From Blastocatellia bacterium (lineage in GTDB: Bacteria; Acidobacteriota; Blastocatellia; UBA7656): a DNA stretch of 64,000 nucleotides. The DNA is taken from assembly GCA_035293105.1 (NCBI GenBank), contig DATDOV010000079.1:101574-165573 (forward strand), in the 5' to 3' direction. This document shows positions 30,453 through 38,719 of the stretch, one piece after another; within the stretch, counting starts at the first letter, position 1; every line of letters begins with the position of its first letter. A model generated the notes under the pieces. It had not been told where the DNA came from. It made no database searches and saw nothing but the letters and a program-made list of their open reading frames with translations. The position numbers and the translations under genes were made by a program.

Positions 30453-30896
30453 TCATTTCACGTCGGCCGGAGAGACGGCAGTGATTCCTGGATAGCGCTT
30501 GAAGTCGGCTACGTTGAATGTAAGCAGATGCGTGATGCCATACACATTCATCGAAGCGACAAGCTTGGCATCGTGAACCTCAACGCCCATCACCGAGTGA
30601 GTTACAACAAGCCGCCGCCATTCCTGGAAGGTCGCTAGACTGTCCGGGAGCAAACGAAAGTAGCGTTCAATCAGACGCGCTTTTCGTTCTGTTTGAGTCA
30701 ATGAAAGGCTGAGCCCGCCGCGCGCCGAAGCCGGACGAGTACCGACGTTCCAGAACTCGCTCAGGACCTGTGGAGTGAAACAAAGAACTTCATTTCGCGA
30801 GCGGAGCCTTCGCAGAGCATCAAGAGCCATTTGGCGCTGCGGATCGTTGCGGTGGGCCAGCCGGAGAAACAGATTCGTATCGAAAAGATAGGCCAT
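30453..30896 (-). CDS. vapC: PIN-domain toxin (VapC-like)
   Basis: MAYLFDTNLFLRLAHRNDP... acidic PIN residues (D5, E, D, N/D). Confidence 0.75.
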   Translation of the reverse strand: MAYLFDTNLFLRLAHRNDPQRQMALDALRRLRSRNEVLCFTPQVLSEFWNVGTRPASARGGLSLSLTQTERKARLIERYFRLLPDSLATFQEWRRLVVTHSVMGVEVHDAKLVASMNVYGITHLLTFNVADFKRYPGITAVSPADVK

Positions 30897-31159
30897 CAGT
30901 CGTGGTCGAAGTAGATGTCGGCGCGCGAATAGCTCCCGGAGTAAGCTGGCAGATGCTCCGTTCCTTCGGCAAACGCTTGCATGTCCGCTTCAAACTCAGC
31001 GTCGTTCGCGGGAGCGGGCGCTGATAATTCATCAACTGATCGGGTTGCGCTGGCTTGCACAAGGCTCTCGACAAAGGACTTCACATCCAGGCCATACGCC
31101 TTAGCCCTTTGTTCCAAAATGTGTCTCACGTCTTCGGGAACTGAAATCGTTAATTCCAT
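30896..31159 (-). CDS. VapB-like antitoxin
   Basis: 87-aa ORF whose stop overlaps the vapC start. MELTISVPEDVRHILEQRAKAYGLDVKSFVESLV. Confidence 0.55.
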   Translation of the reverse strand: MELTISVPEDVRHILEQRAKAYGLDVKSFVESLVQASATRSVDELSAPAPANDAEFEADMQAFAEGTEHLPAYSGSYSRADIYFDHD

Positions 31160-31398
31160 TCGCGACTCTCTATCCGTTTCTCGATCCAGATTCCAAGTCC
31201 ACGTCTGTATCTATGAGTAGCGCATTGCTGTCGCGCCAGGATCTCCTTACTCATACAACGCGCCTCTTAGATTGGCAGCAGTATAGCACTCCGGTGACTA
31301 GCTGATAAGAGAGTACGATCAGACGCGTGCGCGTCACGATTTTGCGCGAGAAGGGAGGGACTGCTTGACCGTCGCAAAAAGTGCGTCACCCCAGAGTA

Positions 31399-31588
31399 TC
31401 TCATTAACACCTCACTTCAGTGAGGTGCCCTCGACCGAGCGGATCCCCCAACCGTTTCAACGGTTTCCTCTCTCGCAGTCGTCTTTCAAACTCGAAGTCT
31501 TCGGATTCCATGAGCGCAAACCGTTAAAACGGTTCAGGGGATCCGCCGAGCCAAGAGCACCTCACTGAAGTGAGGTGTTAATGAGAAC
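31399..31588. mobile_element. ~190-bp near-perfect palindromic MITE-like element
   Basis: Left end tctcattaacacctcacttcagtgaggtg and right end cacctcactgaagtgaggtgttaatgaga are reverse complements. Each end is itself a hairpin. Inner nested inverted repeats (gatcccccaaccgtttcaacggtt / aaccgttaaaacggttcaggggatcc). Confidence 0.6.
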
Positions 31589-31733
31589 CGATGTTCCCGC
31601 GAGCCTTGACGTCCCAGTTTTGATCACATCCCCAAACCGTGACGCGCACCCCGATCAGACGGCTCGGCCACGCAACCAAGTAGATGTTCGTAGTACCGGC
31701 TTCAGATGAAATCATGGCCTTGGCGTCGGCATA

Positions 31734-32048
31734 GTGCGCTTTCTGCCGCGCGGAGTGAAGAAAGAAGACTACGCGCGACTGGACTACTTCGACGTCTGGT
31801 TTCCGCTGCTGGCCCCAAGCGCTGAGTTGCTCACTTGGCTGAAGAGCCGCGAGTGGCCGAGCGAGCAAGTCAGATGGTCGAAGTTCAAAGAGCGCTACGT
31901 TGCCGAGATGAACAAGACCGACGCGCGGCAGGCTATCAAGCTTCTGGCCGAGTTAGCCAGAGCTACTCCGTTGAGCATAGGGTGTTACTGCGAGAACGAG
32001 TCAGCCTGTCATCGCTCTATGCTGCGTGAGTTGATCGAAGAGCCCTGA
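31734..32048 (+). pseudogene. DUF488 / YeaO-family protein (copy 3), 5'-truncated
   Basis: Homology to copies 1 and 2 starts at codon ~25 (RFLPRGVKKEDYARLDYFDVWFPLL...). First ~25 codons are replaced by unrelated sequence next to the palindromic element. Confidence 0.6.
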
Positions 32049-32136
32049 AGCTTTAGTGGGTCGTAGGATTGGTCCGACGCTTTCGCGATAATCTGCGATT
32101 TGAAGCAATCGAAAACTTGGGATAGGCTTACGTCCC

Positions 32137-33057
32137 ATGAAAAGCCTTGGTTCAGCCGGCAGCCTACCTTTGTTTGATGAATCTGCAGACGGCAACCCTC
32201 TTGAACATCAATCCGAGAAGCCCGAAAAGACTTCGCCCTTTAGCGACCTTGATCTGAATCGCTGGCGCGAATATGAAGACATCGTTACCGACTCGCTGTG
32301 GCTCATACCAGAACGGGACCGGACTGGCGCGCATCTCGCGGACTATCACGGAAACTTTGTTCCTCAAATCCCCTATCAGGCGATGCGGCGGTTTACGAAA
32401 CGCGGAGATGTTGTGCTCGACGCATTCTTGGGTTCCGGCACGACCCTCATCGAATGTCGCAGACTAGGGCGACACGGAATCGGCGTTGAGCTTAAGCCAG
32501 AGCTTGCAAAGCAAGCAGCCGACCGTATCGCGAGCCAAGGCAATCGCTACCAGGTCAAGACAGAGGTGCTGACGTCAGATAGTTGTGATCCCGTAAAGAC
32601 TCCTGGAGTCATTTCGCAGAGTCTTGAAACCATCGGCAAGGATTCAGTGCAGCTTGCAATACTTCATCCTCCGTATCATTCAATAATTAGGTTCTCTGAT
32701 CGTGCGGATGATCTGTCTAATTGCCCTACGGTTGACGTGTTTCAAAAAACGTTTGGCCGAGCGGTTGATGTAGTGACTCCATTCCTCGACATAGGCCGCT
32801 ATCTGGTCTTGGTCATCGGTGATATGTATGCTGGCAGCGAATGGATTCCTCTTGGATTTCGGTGCATGAACGAGATAATGGAGCGCGGGTACACTCTGAA
32901 GAGCATCGTCGTTAAAGATATGCAAGGAAATCGGGCTAAACGAAATCTGGAGAACATCTGGCGCTATCGCGCGCTAGTCGGCGGCTTCTACATCTTCAAG
33001 CACGAGTACGTCATGTTTTTCAGGAAGGGCAGAACGAATGGCCGAACTGCCATTTAG
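32137..33057 (+). CDS. N6-adenine or N4-cytosine DNA methyltransferase (R-M)
   Basis: Motif I VVLDAFLGSGTT; motif IV LHPPY (D/N/S-PP-Y variant). Confidence 0.8.
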   Translation: MKSLGSAGSLPLFDESADGNPLEHQSEKPEKTSPFSDLDLNRWREYEDIVTDSLWLIPERDRTGAHLADYHGNFVPQIPYQAMRRFTKRGDVVLDAFLGSGTTLIECRRLGRHGIGVELKPELAKQAADRIASQGNRYQVKTEVLTSDSCDPVKTPGVISQSLETIGKDSVQLAILHPPYHSIIRFSDRADDLSNCPTVDVFQKTFGRAVDVVTPFLDIGRYLVLVIGDMYAGSEWIPLGFRCMNEIMERGYTLKSIVVKDMQGNRAKRNLENIWRYRALVGGFYIFKHEYVMFFRKGRTNGRTAI

Positions 33058-33685
33058 TCAAGGCTCAAAGCTCCGTCAGACCTTTCAAATCCTCGCAGAT
33101 GGTAACTGGCATTGCGGCAAACATGAGTTGCCAGGAACGCAGCCTGCGAAGGCGATTCAGATCATCAGGCAGACCGGATACGAAGTAGAGAACAGGACGC
33201 AGCATTGCAATCGTTGCGACGAACGGACTGTCCACCGACGACTCGTTTCGACCAGCCCGTCGGCGAGCTCAGTGGCCCGGTCGGCGTTGCCGGAAAAGCT
33301 CAAGGGGCGTGTGAAGACGCTGTTCAAGAACATCGAGGCCATCACACAAAGAACCTACGAACCGAATCAGCTGGAGGTGGACCACCGTTTTCCGCAAGTA
33401 AGGTGGTCGAGCCCGGAGGCGATGAATGATCCGAACATGTCGGATGCTGATATCACTGCAAAGTTCCAGCTCCTTACACGGCAGCACAATCTATGGAAGA
33501 GTCGGTATTGTGAGGCATGTTTGAAAACTGGGCGTCGTGGGACCTATATCGGGATTGAGTACTTCTACGAAGGCGGCTTGATGTGGCCAGAGGACATTCA
33601 TCCAGACGACGAACGCGGCTGCATTGGTTGCTTTTGGTATGACCCTGAGAAATGGCGCCAGAGCCTGAACCAGCTTGTAAGCTAA
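33038..33685 (+). CDS. putative type II restriction endonuclease partner
   Basis: Overlaps MTase 3' end by 20 nt. Cys-rich (CGKH...CNRCDE...CEAC...CIGC) with an EVDHRFP HNH-like element. Confidence 0.45.
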   Translation: MAELPFSQGSKLRQTFQILADGNWHCGKHELPGTQPAKAIQIIRQTGYEVENRTQHCNRCDERTVHRRLVSTSPSASSVARSALPEKLKGRVKTLFKNIEAITQRTYEPNQLEVDHRFPQVRWSSPEAMNDPNMSDADITAKFQLLTRQHNLWKSRYCEACLKTGRRGTYIGIEYFYEGGLMWPEDIHPDDERGCIGCFWYDPEKWRQSLNQLVS

Positions 33686-33727
33686 CCTGCGCGGCCATCG
33701 GTGAAAGAGTACGAAACCCAAACCTGG

Positions 33728-34510
33728 TTATCCGAGGTCGCCGGGACGTACAGTCACTATAGTGAGAACGCGGTTGTAGTATGGCAATAGTATGGAGTCT
33801 TCCCACACCTTCCCAAAAACGTGTCCGGCTAGCCATGCCTCTGCACGTACGGCTCCGTCTTGCTCGCGCTCTTCCGTCGGGCGGAAGAGGTTGCTCGCGA
33901 GGGACTCGACGCTGACTTCAGTACCTTTGCGCTTGATGTAATGCTGGAATTGAGGGCCGGGTCTCCACCATTCAATTATCCCGCTGTCACTAACCACCAA
34001 AGCGCATTGTTCCTCAGTGACGTCGACGCACTTGACAGTAGCTGCGGTTAGCGAGGTCTGAAATTTCGCACTTATCTTTTTCGCGACCACCACGGTTGCT
34101 GACTCTTGTCGAACGATAGTGGCTGCTTGTGCCGATGGAATTAGCAATTCTGACGCGAACCGATTCGCGTCAATCTCGTGTTCTGGTGCGCCGCGGCTCC
34201 ACGATTCGACGTCGCGACTCTTACAAACGCAATCTAGCTCTCCGTGCCCCGGTAGAATGTAATGGCCGAGTTCGTGAGCGATCGTGAATCTCTTCCGGCC
34301 AGGCTCACGTATGGTCGCCTTAACAGCGACGATACCTGTCGGTTTGTTAGGAATACGAACCAACGCGCCTTCGAAACCCTCTGACTCGACCTCGCAAATC
34401 TCCAACCCGATTCTGTCCGCAAGCTCAGATAGATCGGGCGTCGTCGATATCTTGAATCGCCTTAAGAGCGCGCGAGCGAAGTCTTCAGGTTGTGCTGGTG
34501 TCCGATTCAC
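33728..34510 (-). CDS. ImmA/IrrE-family metallo-endopeptidase (COG2856, CapP-like)
   Basis: HEXXH (IAHELGHYIL) followed by EIDANRFASELLIP, the family signature E-x-N-x-F-A-x-x-L-L. Confidence 0.75.
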   Translation of the reverse strand: MNRTPAQPEDFARALLRRFKISTTPDLSELADRIGLEICEVESEGFEGALVRIPNKPTGIVAVKATIREPGRKRFTIAHELGHYILPGHGELDCVCKSRDVESWSRGAPEHEIDANRFASELLIPSAQAATIVRQESATVVVAKKISAKFQTSLTAATVKCVDVTEEQCALVVSDSGIIEWWRPGPQFQHYIKRKGTEVSVESLASNLFRPTEEREQDGAVRAEAWLAGHVFGKVWEDSILLPYYNRVLTIVTVRPGDLG

Positions 34511-34959
34511 TCTGACCCCGTATCGCCCTCGTCAAGCTTGCTTTTCAGCGAATCGAGGATTTCTTTGTCCTTGGAGGAGACCTTCTCGCCAAGCTTACGA
34601 CCGCGTAGCGAGGATACGGCCTCAGCGCCGGCAGAGGGCAGAGTCCCGCTCAACAGGTTAGCTAAGTAGCAGTCGGGGTCAACACCAGCAGACTCCGACT
34701 TCTTCTCTTCTGCACGCCGCAGATTCCTCAGAGCGTTCTCCACTGGGACCGGCACACTTTTGCTTTTCGACCTGAGTTCACGCACTCCAGCTTCGACTCT
34801 TGACATCAGCTTGGAAACCAGATCAGATGAATCAACACCACAAGCCTTAAGCACATCCTTGGCAGTTTCAAGATCAATCTCTTCGTCAGGCCCTAGTAAC
34901 GCCTCGAAGAGTTCATCTTCTTCGGTCTTTGGAAGTGGCTGGGTTCTTTTGTTAGGCAT
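34507..34959 (-). CDS. acidic low-complexity protein (candidate anti-sigma / peptidase substrate)
   Basis: 150 aa, highly charged. Translationally coupled on both sides: 14-nt gap to the upstream gene, 4-nt overlap with ImmA. Confidence 0.4.
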   Translation of the reverse strand: MPNKRTQPLPKTEEDELFEALLGPDEEIDLETAKDVLKACGVDSSDLVSKLMSRVEAGVRELRSKSKSVPVPVENALRNLRRAEEKKSESAGVDPDCYLANLLSGTLPSAGAEAVSSLRGRKLGEKVSSKDKEILDSLKSKLDEGDTGSE

Positions 34960-34973
34960 ACGCGGCCACCTTT

Positions 34974-35561
34974 CTAGTTACCCTTCTGCCGATACTTCAT
35001 CGATCCGGCACGGCGCCAGCCGGTAAGTCTCGTTCTCACTCTCCGCTGGCGGCCCCTCAGTTGCTGAGCGGTTATACCGAGGAACTCTGCAATTTCCTTT
35101 GGCTTTGCTGGCCACAACTCCAGAACCGCCTCAACATAATCCTCCAGTTCTTTCTCCCCTTTTACAAGAGCGTAGATTCTCGCCTTTGTGAGGGCATCGT
35201 GCTCAGCGTTCCCAAGGTCGTCCTCAAAGGCGTCGATTACCCTGAGAGCCTTCTCATGCTTTAGCGAGTCCAGAACGGTACTCCTCTTATACCCGCTGTG
35301 TTTCGTCACTATGTCCAGGAAATCACGCGTCATGACAGTCAGGAGCAACGGATATGGGTCTTCATCGTGTGTCTTGGGCCGCCATTCTACGCCTCTTTGG
35401 AATATGAAGGCTTCAACTGTCTCAACAGCAAAGTCTTCAGCGGATTTCCCAGACCCCGGTAGAACTGATAGCCCTTGACGGACGAATAGCCCTTCGGCAG
35501 CGGCATACAACCGACTTAGCAGGCCTTCCAGATCGACATTCGCGAAGCGTGAATCGTCCAT
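34974..35561 (-). CDS. divergent sigma-70-family (ECF-like) protein
   Basis: Region-2-like SAEDFAVETVEAFIFQR...DPYPLLLTVMTRDFLDIV and region-4-like HTH EIAEFLGITAQQLRGRQRRVRTRL. Confidence 0.45.
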   Translation of the reverse strand: MDDSRFANVDLEGLLSRLYAAAEGLFVRQGLSVLPGSGKSAEDFAVETVEAFIFQRGVEWRPKTHDEDPYPLLLTVMTRDFLDIVTKHSGYKRSTVLDSLKHEKALRVIDAFEDDLGNAEHDALTKARIYALVKGEKELEDYVEAVLELWPAKPKEIAEFLGITAQQLRGRQRRVRTRLTGWRRAGSMKYRQKGN

Positions 35562-35820
35562 TCCGGGACCTCTTCATTCTTAAAGCGAGTCAGGGTCTAG
35601 GAACTGGCAAGAAATCTGTCATCAAGAAATTTTTCTGCCAGTTTTAGCCGACACAGTCGCTTAGACAGTGGAGGTTGGCACCGGCCGATTAGCCGTCATC
35701 TAACAAGAGGCATGCTAACCCACGGAAAGGGCTAAGAGGAAGATCAACCAGACACGGACGATCTGCTTGGACGATCTGCTTGGCCACGACAGCAACCGAA
35801 CCTGAAGGGAGTTATCAACA
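35562..35820. promoter_or_regulatory. divergent control region between sigma/ImmA operon and Ubl operon
   Basis: Inverted repeat AACTGGCAAGAAAT-N13-ATTTTTCTGCCAGTT. GGAACT -35-like element. Tandem 14-mer gacgatctgcttgg x2. Confidence 0.45.
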
Positions 35821-36852
35821 ATGAGCAACAAAACCGATTCAACGGCTGTTGACGATCTCGTCGACGGCCAGTGGCTTGAAGATATCGATGCGGCGCTGCC
35901 TCAGGCGGTCGCCGAGGCCACAGTAGATGGACGGCTGCCCGCGAAAGCTCAACACCTGAAAGTTCAGGTTGGGTTTCGCGAATTGCCGGACGGGCACGAG
36001 GTCAAGTTCAAGGCCTCACTTACGAATACACTGCTGGAAGTGTTCGAATGGGCAGCGCAGGAACTCGGGAAACCTCTACTACCTCCCGCCAGCAACCAGC
36101 CGCTCGATCTATTGCGCTGTCGGGAGCGACACGGCGACGGCTGGAGCGAGCCTATCACAGGCCTCGACCGGCCGCTCTGGCTCGTGTTGGTTGAAAGCTG
36201 CTCTCGACATTTCGGAATCGAATATGTGCTGGCTGTTAAGATCAACACGAAGTGGGCCGTAGCACCGTCCGCAAAAATGACGCCGCGCGAGCTGCTCACT
36301 AGCTTTGGGTTTGATCCCTCTCAATTCAGCCTGTACAAGCCCGATAGCACGGAGCCGCTGCCGGCGGACACGCCGATCCCTCTTCATCGAGGAGAGAGGT
36401 TTGAAGCGCAGAAGGACGGGAAGTATGGAGCGTCGGTGATGGCAGAGCGTCCGGCGCGCGGCTCACAGACGATCGACGATGATCTGGAAGGAATAAGGGA
36501 GGCGGGTATCGACGCCCGCCTCCTCGACTCCAACGGACAAAAGTACGCCGAGGTGAAGGGAATAGCGGTACCGTCGCCTCCTTGGTCTCTGGACAGGCTC
36601 ACACTGCTGTTCGCTATTCCGGCTACGTACCCGACAGGCGGGCTCGACGCGTTCTACATCGAGTTGCCCGTTAGCCACGCTAGCGGTTCCGTTCCGTACC
36701 AATCTCAGACCGCGCAGATCGATGGCAGATCGTGGGGGCTGATCTCATGGCACTATCCGACCGGGCGGCCCTGGAACCCGTCGCATGACGATCTTTCTAC
36801 TCATATCGAGCATTGTCGTGGAGCATTGATGAGGCGTGGGGTGACGCAGTGA
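35821..36852 (+). CDS. multi-ubiquitin (tandem beta-grasp) domains fused to prokaryotic E2-like (UBC-fold) domain
   Basis: Two Ub-like repeats (HLKVQVGFRELPDGHEVKFKASLTNTLLEVFEWAAQELG; LAVKINTKWAVAPSAKMTPRELLTSFGFDPSQFSLYKPDS...IPLHRGERFEA). C-terminal E2-like region (...LLFAIPATYPTGGLDAFYIELPV...ISWHYPTGRPWNPSHDDL...). Confidence 0.55.
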   Translation: MSNKTDSTAVDDLVDGQWLEDIDAALPQAVAEATVDGRLPAKAQHLKVQVGFRELPDGHEVKFKASLTNTLLEVFEWAAQELGKPLLPPASNQPLDLLRCRERHGDGWSEPITGLDRPLWLVLVESCSRHFGIEYVLAVKINTKWAVAPSAKMTPRELLTSFGFDPSQFSLYKPDSTEPLPADTPIPLHRGERFEAQKDGKYGASVMAERPARGSQTIDDDLEGIREAGIDARLLDSNGQKYAEVKGIAVPSPPWSLDRLTLLFAIPATYPTGGLDAFYIELPVSHASGSVPYQSQTAQIDGRSWGLISWHYPTGRPWNPSHDDLSTHIEHCRGALMRRGVTQ

Positions 36853-36854
36853 AA

Positions 36855-38246
36855 ATGCGAATGACCGAACACCACTACCATGAGGTAAAGCGACTTACGT
36901 CTCCTTCCTTCTTGGATGGCATCCGGTTTCCTCCCGAGACAGGTTGCATCGTTTTAGTCGGGCGGAATAATCATCCAACGTATCCGTCAGTCGTAGTGGC
37001 CGATGTGCTGGCGCCCGAGGACGGAGAGTTGATTGAGCGAGAGAGTGATGGTCTCGTCTTCGCGAGCAAGTATTTGCGGCGCGCTCTGTTTCGATTGCGT
37101 GAGAAAGGGCTGGCGGGCTTCCTCACAGTCCACACCCACCCGTTCTCGGACACGCGTGTGAACTTTTCTCCCTATGATGACGCGAATGATCCCTCGCTGA
37201 TGGCAAATCTGTACGAGCTTGAGCCCCACGGCATTTTCGGCAGCATCGTGATGGGCAAAAGATCGGCGAGAGCTCGATTGTGGAATCCGGACGGAGATGG
37301 CTACCGCACACTCGAACCGATGATCATCGTCGGTGAGCGACTGCAATTCTTCAACGCTAATGGTGCCGAGGCCGAGGCGGAACCACAGGCAGCGGAGATC
37401 TTCGACCGCGGCTTGTCGATCACAGGTAGCGGCGCGTTAGCGCGACTCGCCTGCATGCGTGTTGGTCTGATCGGCAGCAGCGGAACCGGCTCTATTATGG
37501 CCGAATTGCTGATGCGCGCCGGTGTTGGCGAGATACTGCTTTTTGAGCCTGACTATGTGGAAGAACCCAACCTGAACCGGATGCTCCATTCCCGGCAGCG
37601 CGACGCGGAAGCTCGTGTAGGAAAGGCGTCCCGGCTGGCTGAAGCTCTTGCCGAGGCTGGTATGCCCACTCAGATCACGGTCGCCTCGGGCGGTGACATA
37701 CGCCGCGAGGAGGTAGCACTTGAGCTACGAGGTTGCGATTTGGTGATTGGTTGTGTTGATCGAGACTGGCCGCGCCTAATACTTTGCGAACTAGCTTATC
37801 AATACTTGATTCCGTACATAGACCTGGGAACAGAGATCGGTTTCGATGGGATTGAGATTCAGAGCCTCGATTCTCGCGTTTCGTATGTTGCGCCTGGTCG
37901 TCCTTGTCTTCTGTGTTCTGGCGTGGTGTCAACCGAGCGCCTTAGGCTGGAAGCACTAGAAGACAGCGAGCGAGACAGAGTTATCGCAATGGGTTACTCG
38001 GAAGACATTAGGCTCATCGCGCCTGCGGTCATGGATCTAAACATGCGCGCTGCCTCTTATGCGATGCTCGTTGTACGTCATCTCCTCCAGCCGTTCCTCG
38101 ATAGGCCGCTGCCGACTCATATCAAAGAATCAATCACTAACTTCAGTGTTCGACGAGTGACCAGTACCCAGAATTCGGACTGTCACGTCTGTGATGGTTC
38201 GAGGCTTGGAGTCGGAGACGCGCGCCGTTTGTCCACGGCTCGTTGA
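36855..38246 (+). CDS. JAB/MPN metalloprotease domain fused to E1-like ThiF/MoeB adenylyltransferase
   Basis: N-terminal JAMM-like motif LAGFLTVHTHPFSD...S..D. C-terminal Rossmann GLIGSSGTGSIMAELLMRAGVGEILLFEPDYVEEPNLNRM with CLLCSG and CHVCDG zinc pairs. Start immediately after the upstream stop. Confidence 0.7.
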   Translation: MRMTEHHYHEVKRLTSPSFLDGIRFPPETGCIVLVGRNNHPTYPSVVVADVLAPEDGELIERESDGLVFASKYLRRALFRLREKGLAGFLTVHTHPFSDTRVNFSPYDDANDPSLMANLYELEPHGIFGSIVMGKRSARARLWNPDGDGYRTLEPMIIVGERLQFFNANGAEAEAEPQAAEIFDRGLSITGSGALARLACMRVGLIGSSGTGSIMAELLMRAGVGEILLFEPDYVEEPNLNRMLHSRQRDAEARVGKASRLAEALAEAGMPTQITVASGGDIRREEVALELRGCDLVIGCVDRDWPRLILCELAYQYLIPYIDLGTEIGFDGIEIQSLDSRVSYVAPGRPCLLCSGVVSTERLRLEALEDSERDRVIAMGYSEDIRLIAPAVMDLNMRAASYAMLVVRHLLQPFLDRPLPTHIKESITNFSVRRVTSTQNSDCHVCDGSRLGVGDARRLSTAR

Positions 38247-38719
38247 TCGTTCTGACTGACTGGAACGCCAATCTTGGGCACGCAGACACGCCGCCGCCAT
38301 ACCCTTTGATCATCCTAATCCAGAACCCAGACGCCGCTTTCGCGAATTGCATCGTACATCGCGTCTGGTGCAAGATCACCACCGTTCGGCCACTGCACCA
38401 CACCCATAACCACTCGCGCTCCGGCAAATACGGCGGCTCGCGTAGCGGCTCGAACACTGTGCCGTCGATCTCAGAGCTGCTGAGAAACGCTCGCATATCT
38501 ACGTTCCCCGGCGTGCCATCGCCGAATCTTACGTGCAATTCCGGGAACGCAAAGACGCGAGAATCTCTAAGATCGCCAAGTGTGCTACCGCTTCAGTCCG
38601 TCACTAGAGGCTCGCGGCGGATTGTTCAGACATAGCCTACAACCAGAGAGACATCTCTCTTCGATTCGCGCTTCTATTCCTACCTTTGTGTTACAATCTC
38701 GCGAAAGGAGCGGAGCCAA

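Noticed and set aside
28287-31868. Antisense ORFs 28287-28682, 29855-30193 and 31578-31868 (MLAWPLTALQPLEQLRAW...) conserved across the three DUF488 copies
   Set aside because: They are the reverse strand of the duplicated DUF488 DNA. Their conservation is explained by the duplication. No RBS, no protein-like features.
38243-38635. Plus-strand 130-aa ORF immediately after the JAB–E1 gene
   Set aside because: Low-complexity composition and lower third-position GC than neighbouring genes. Kept only as part of the unassigned-region finding.
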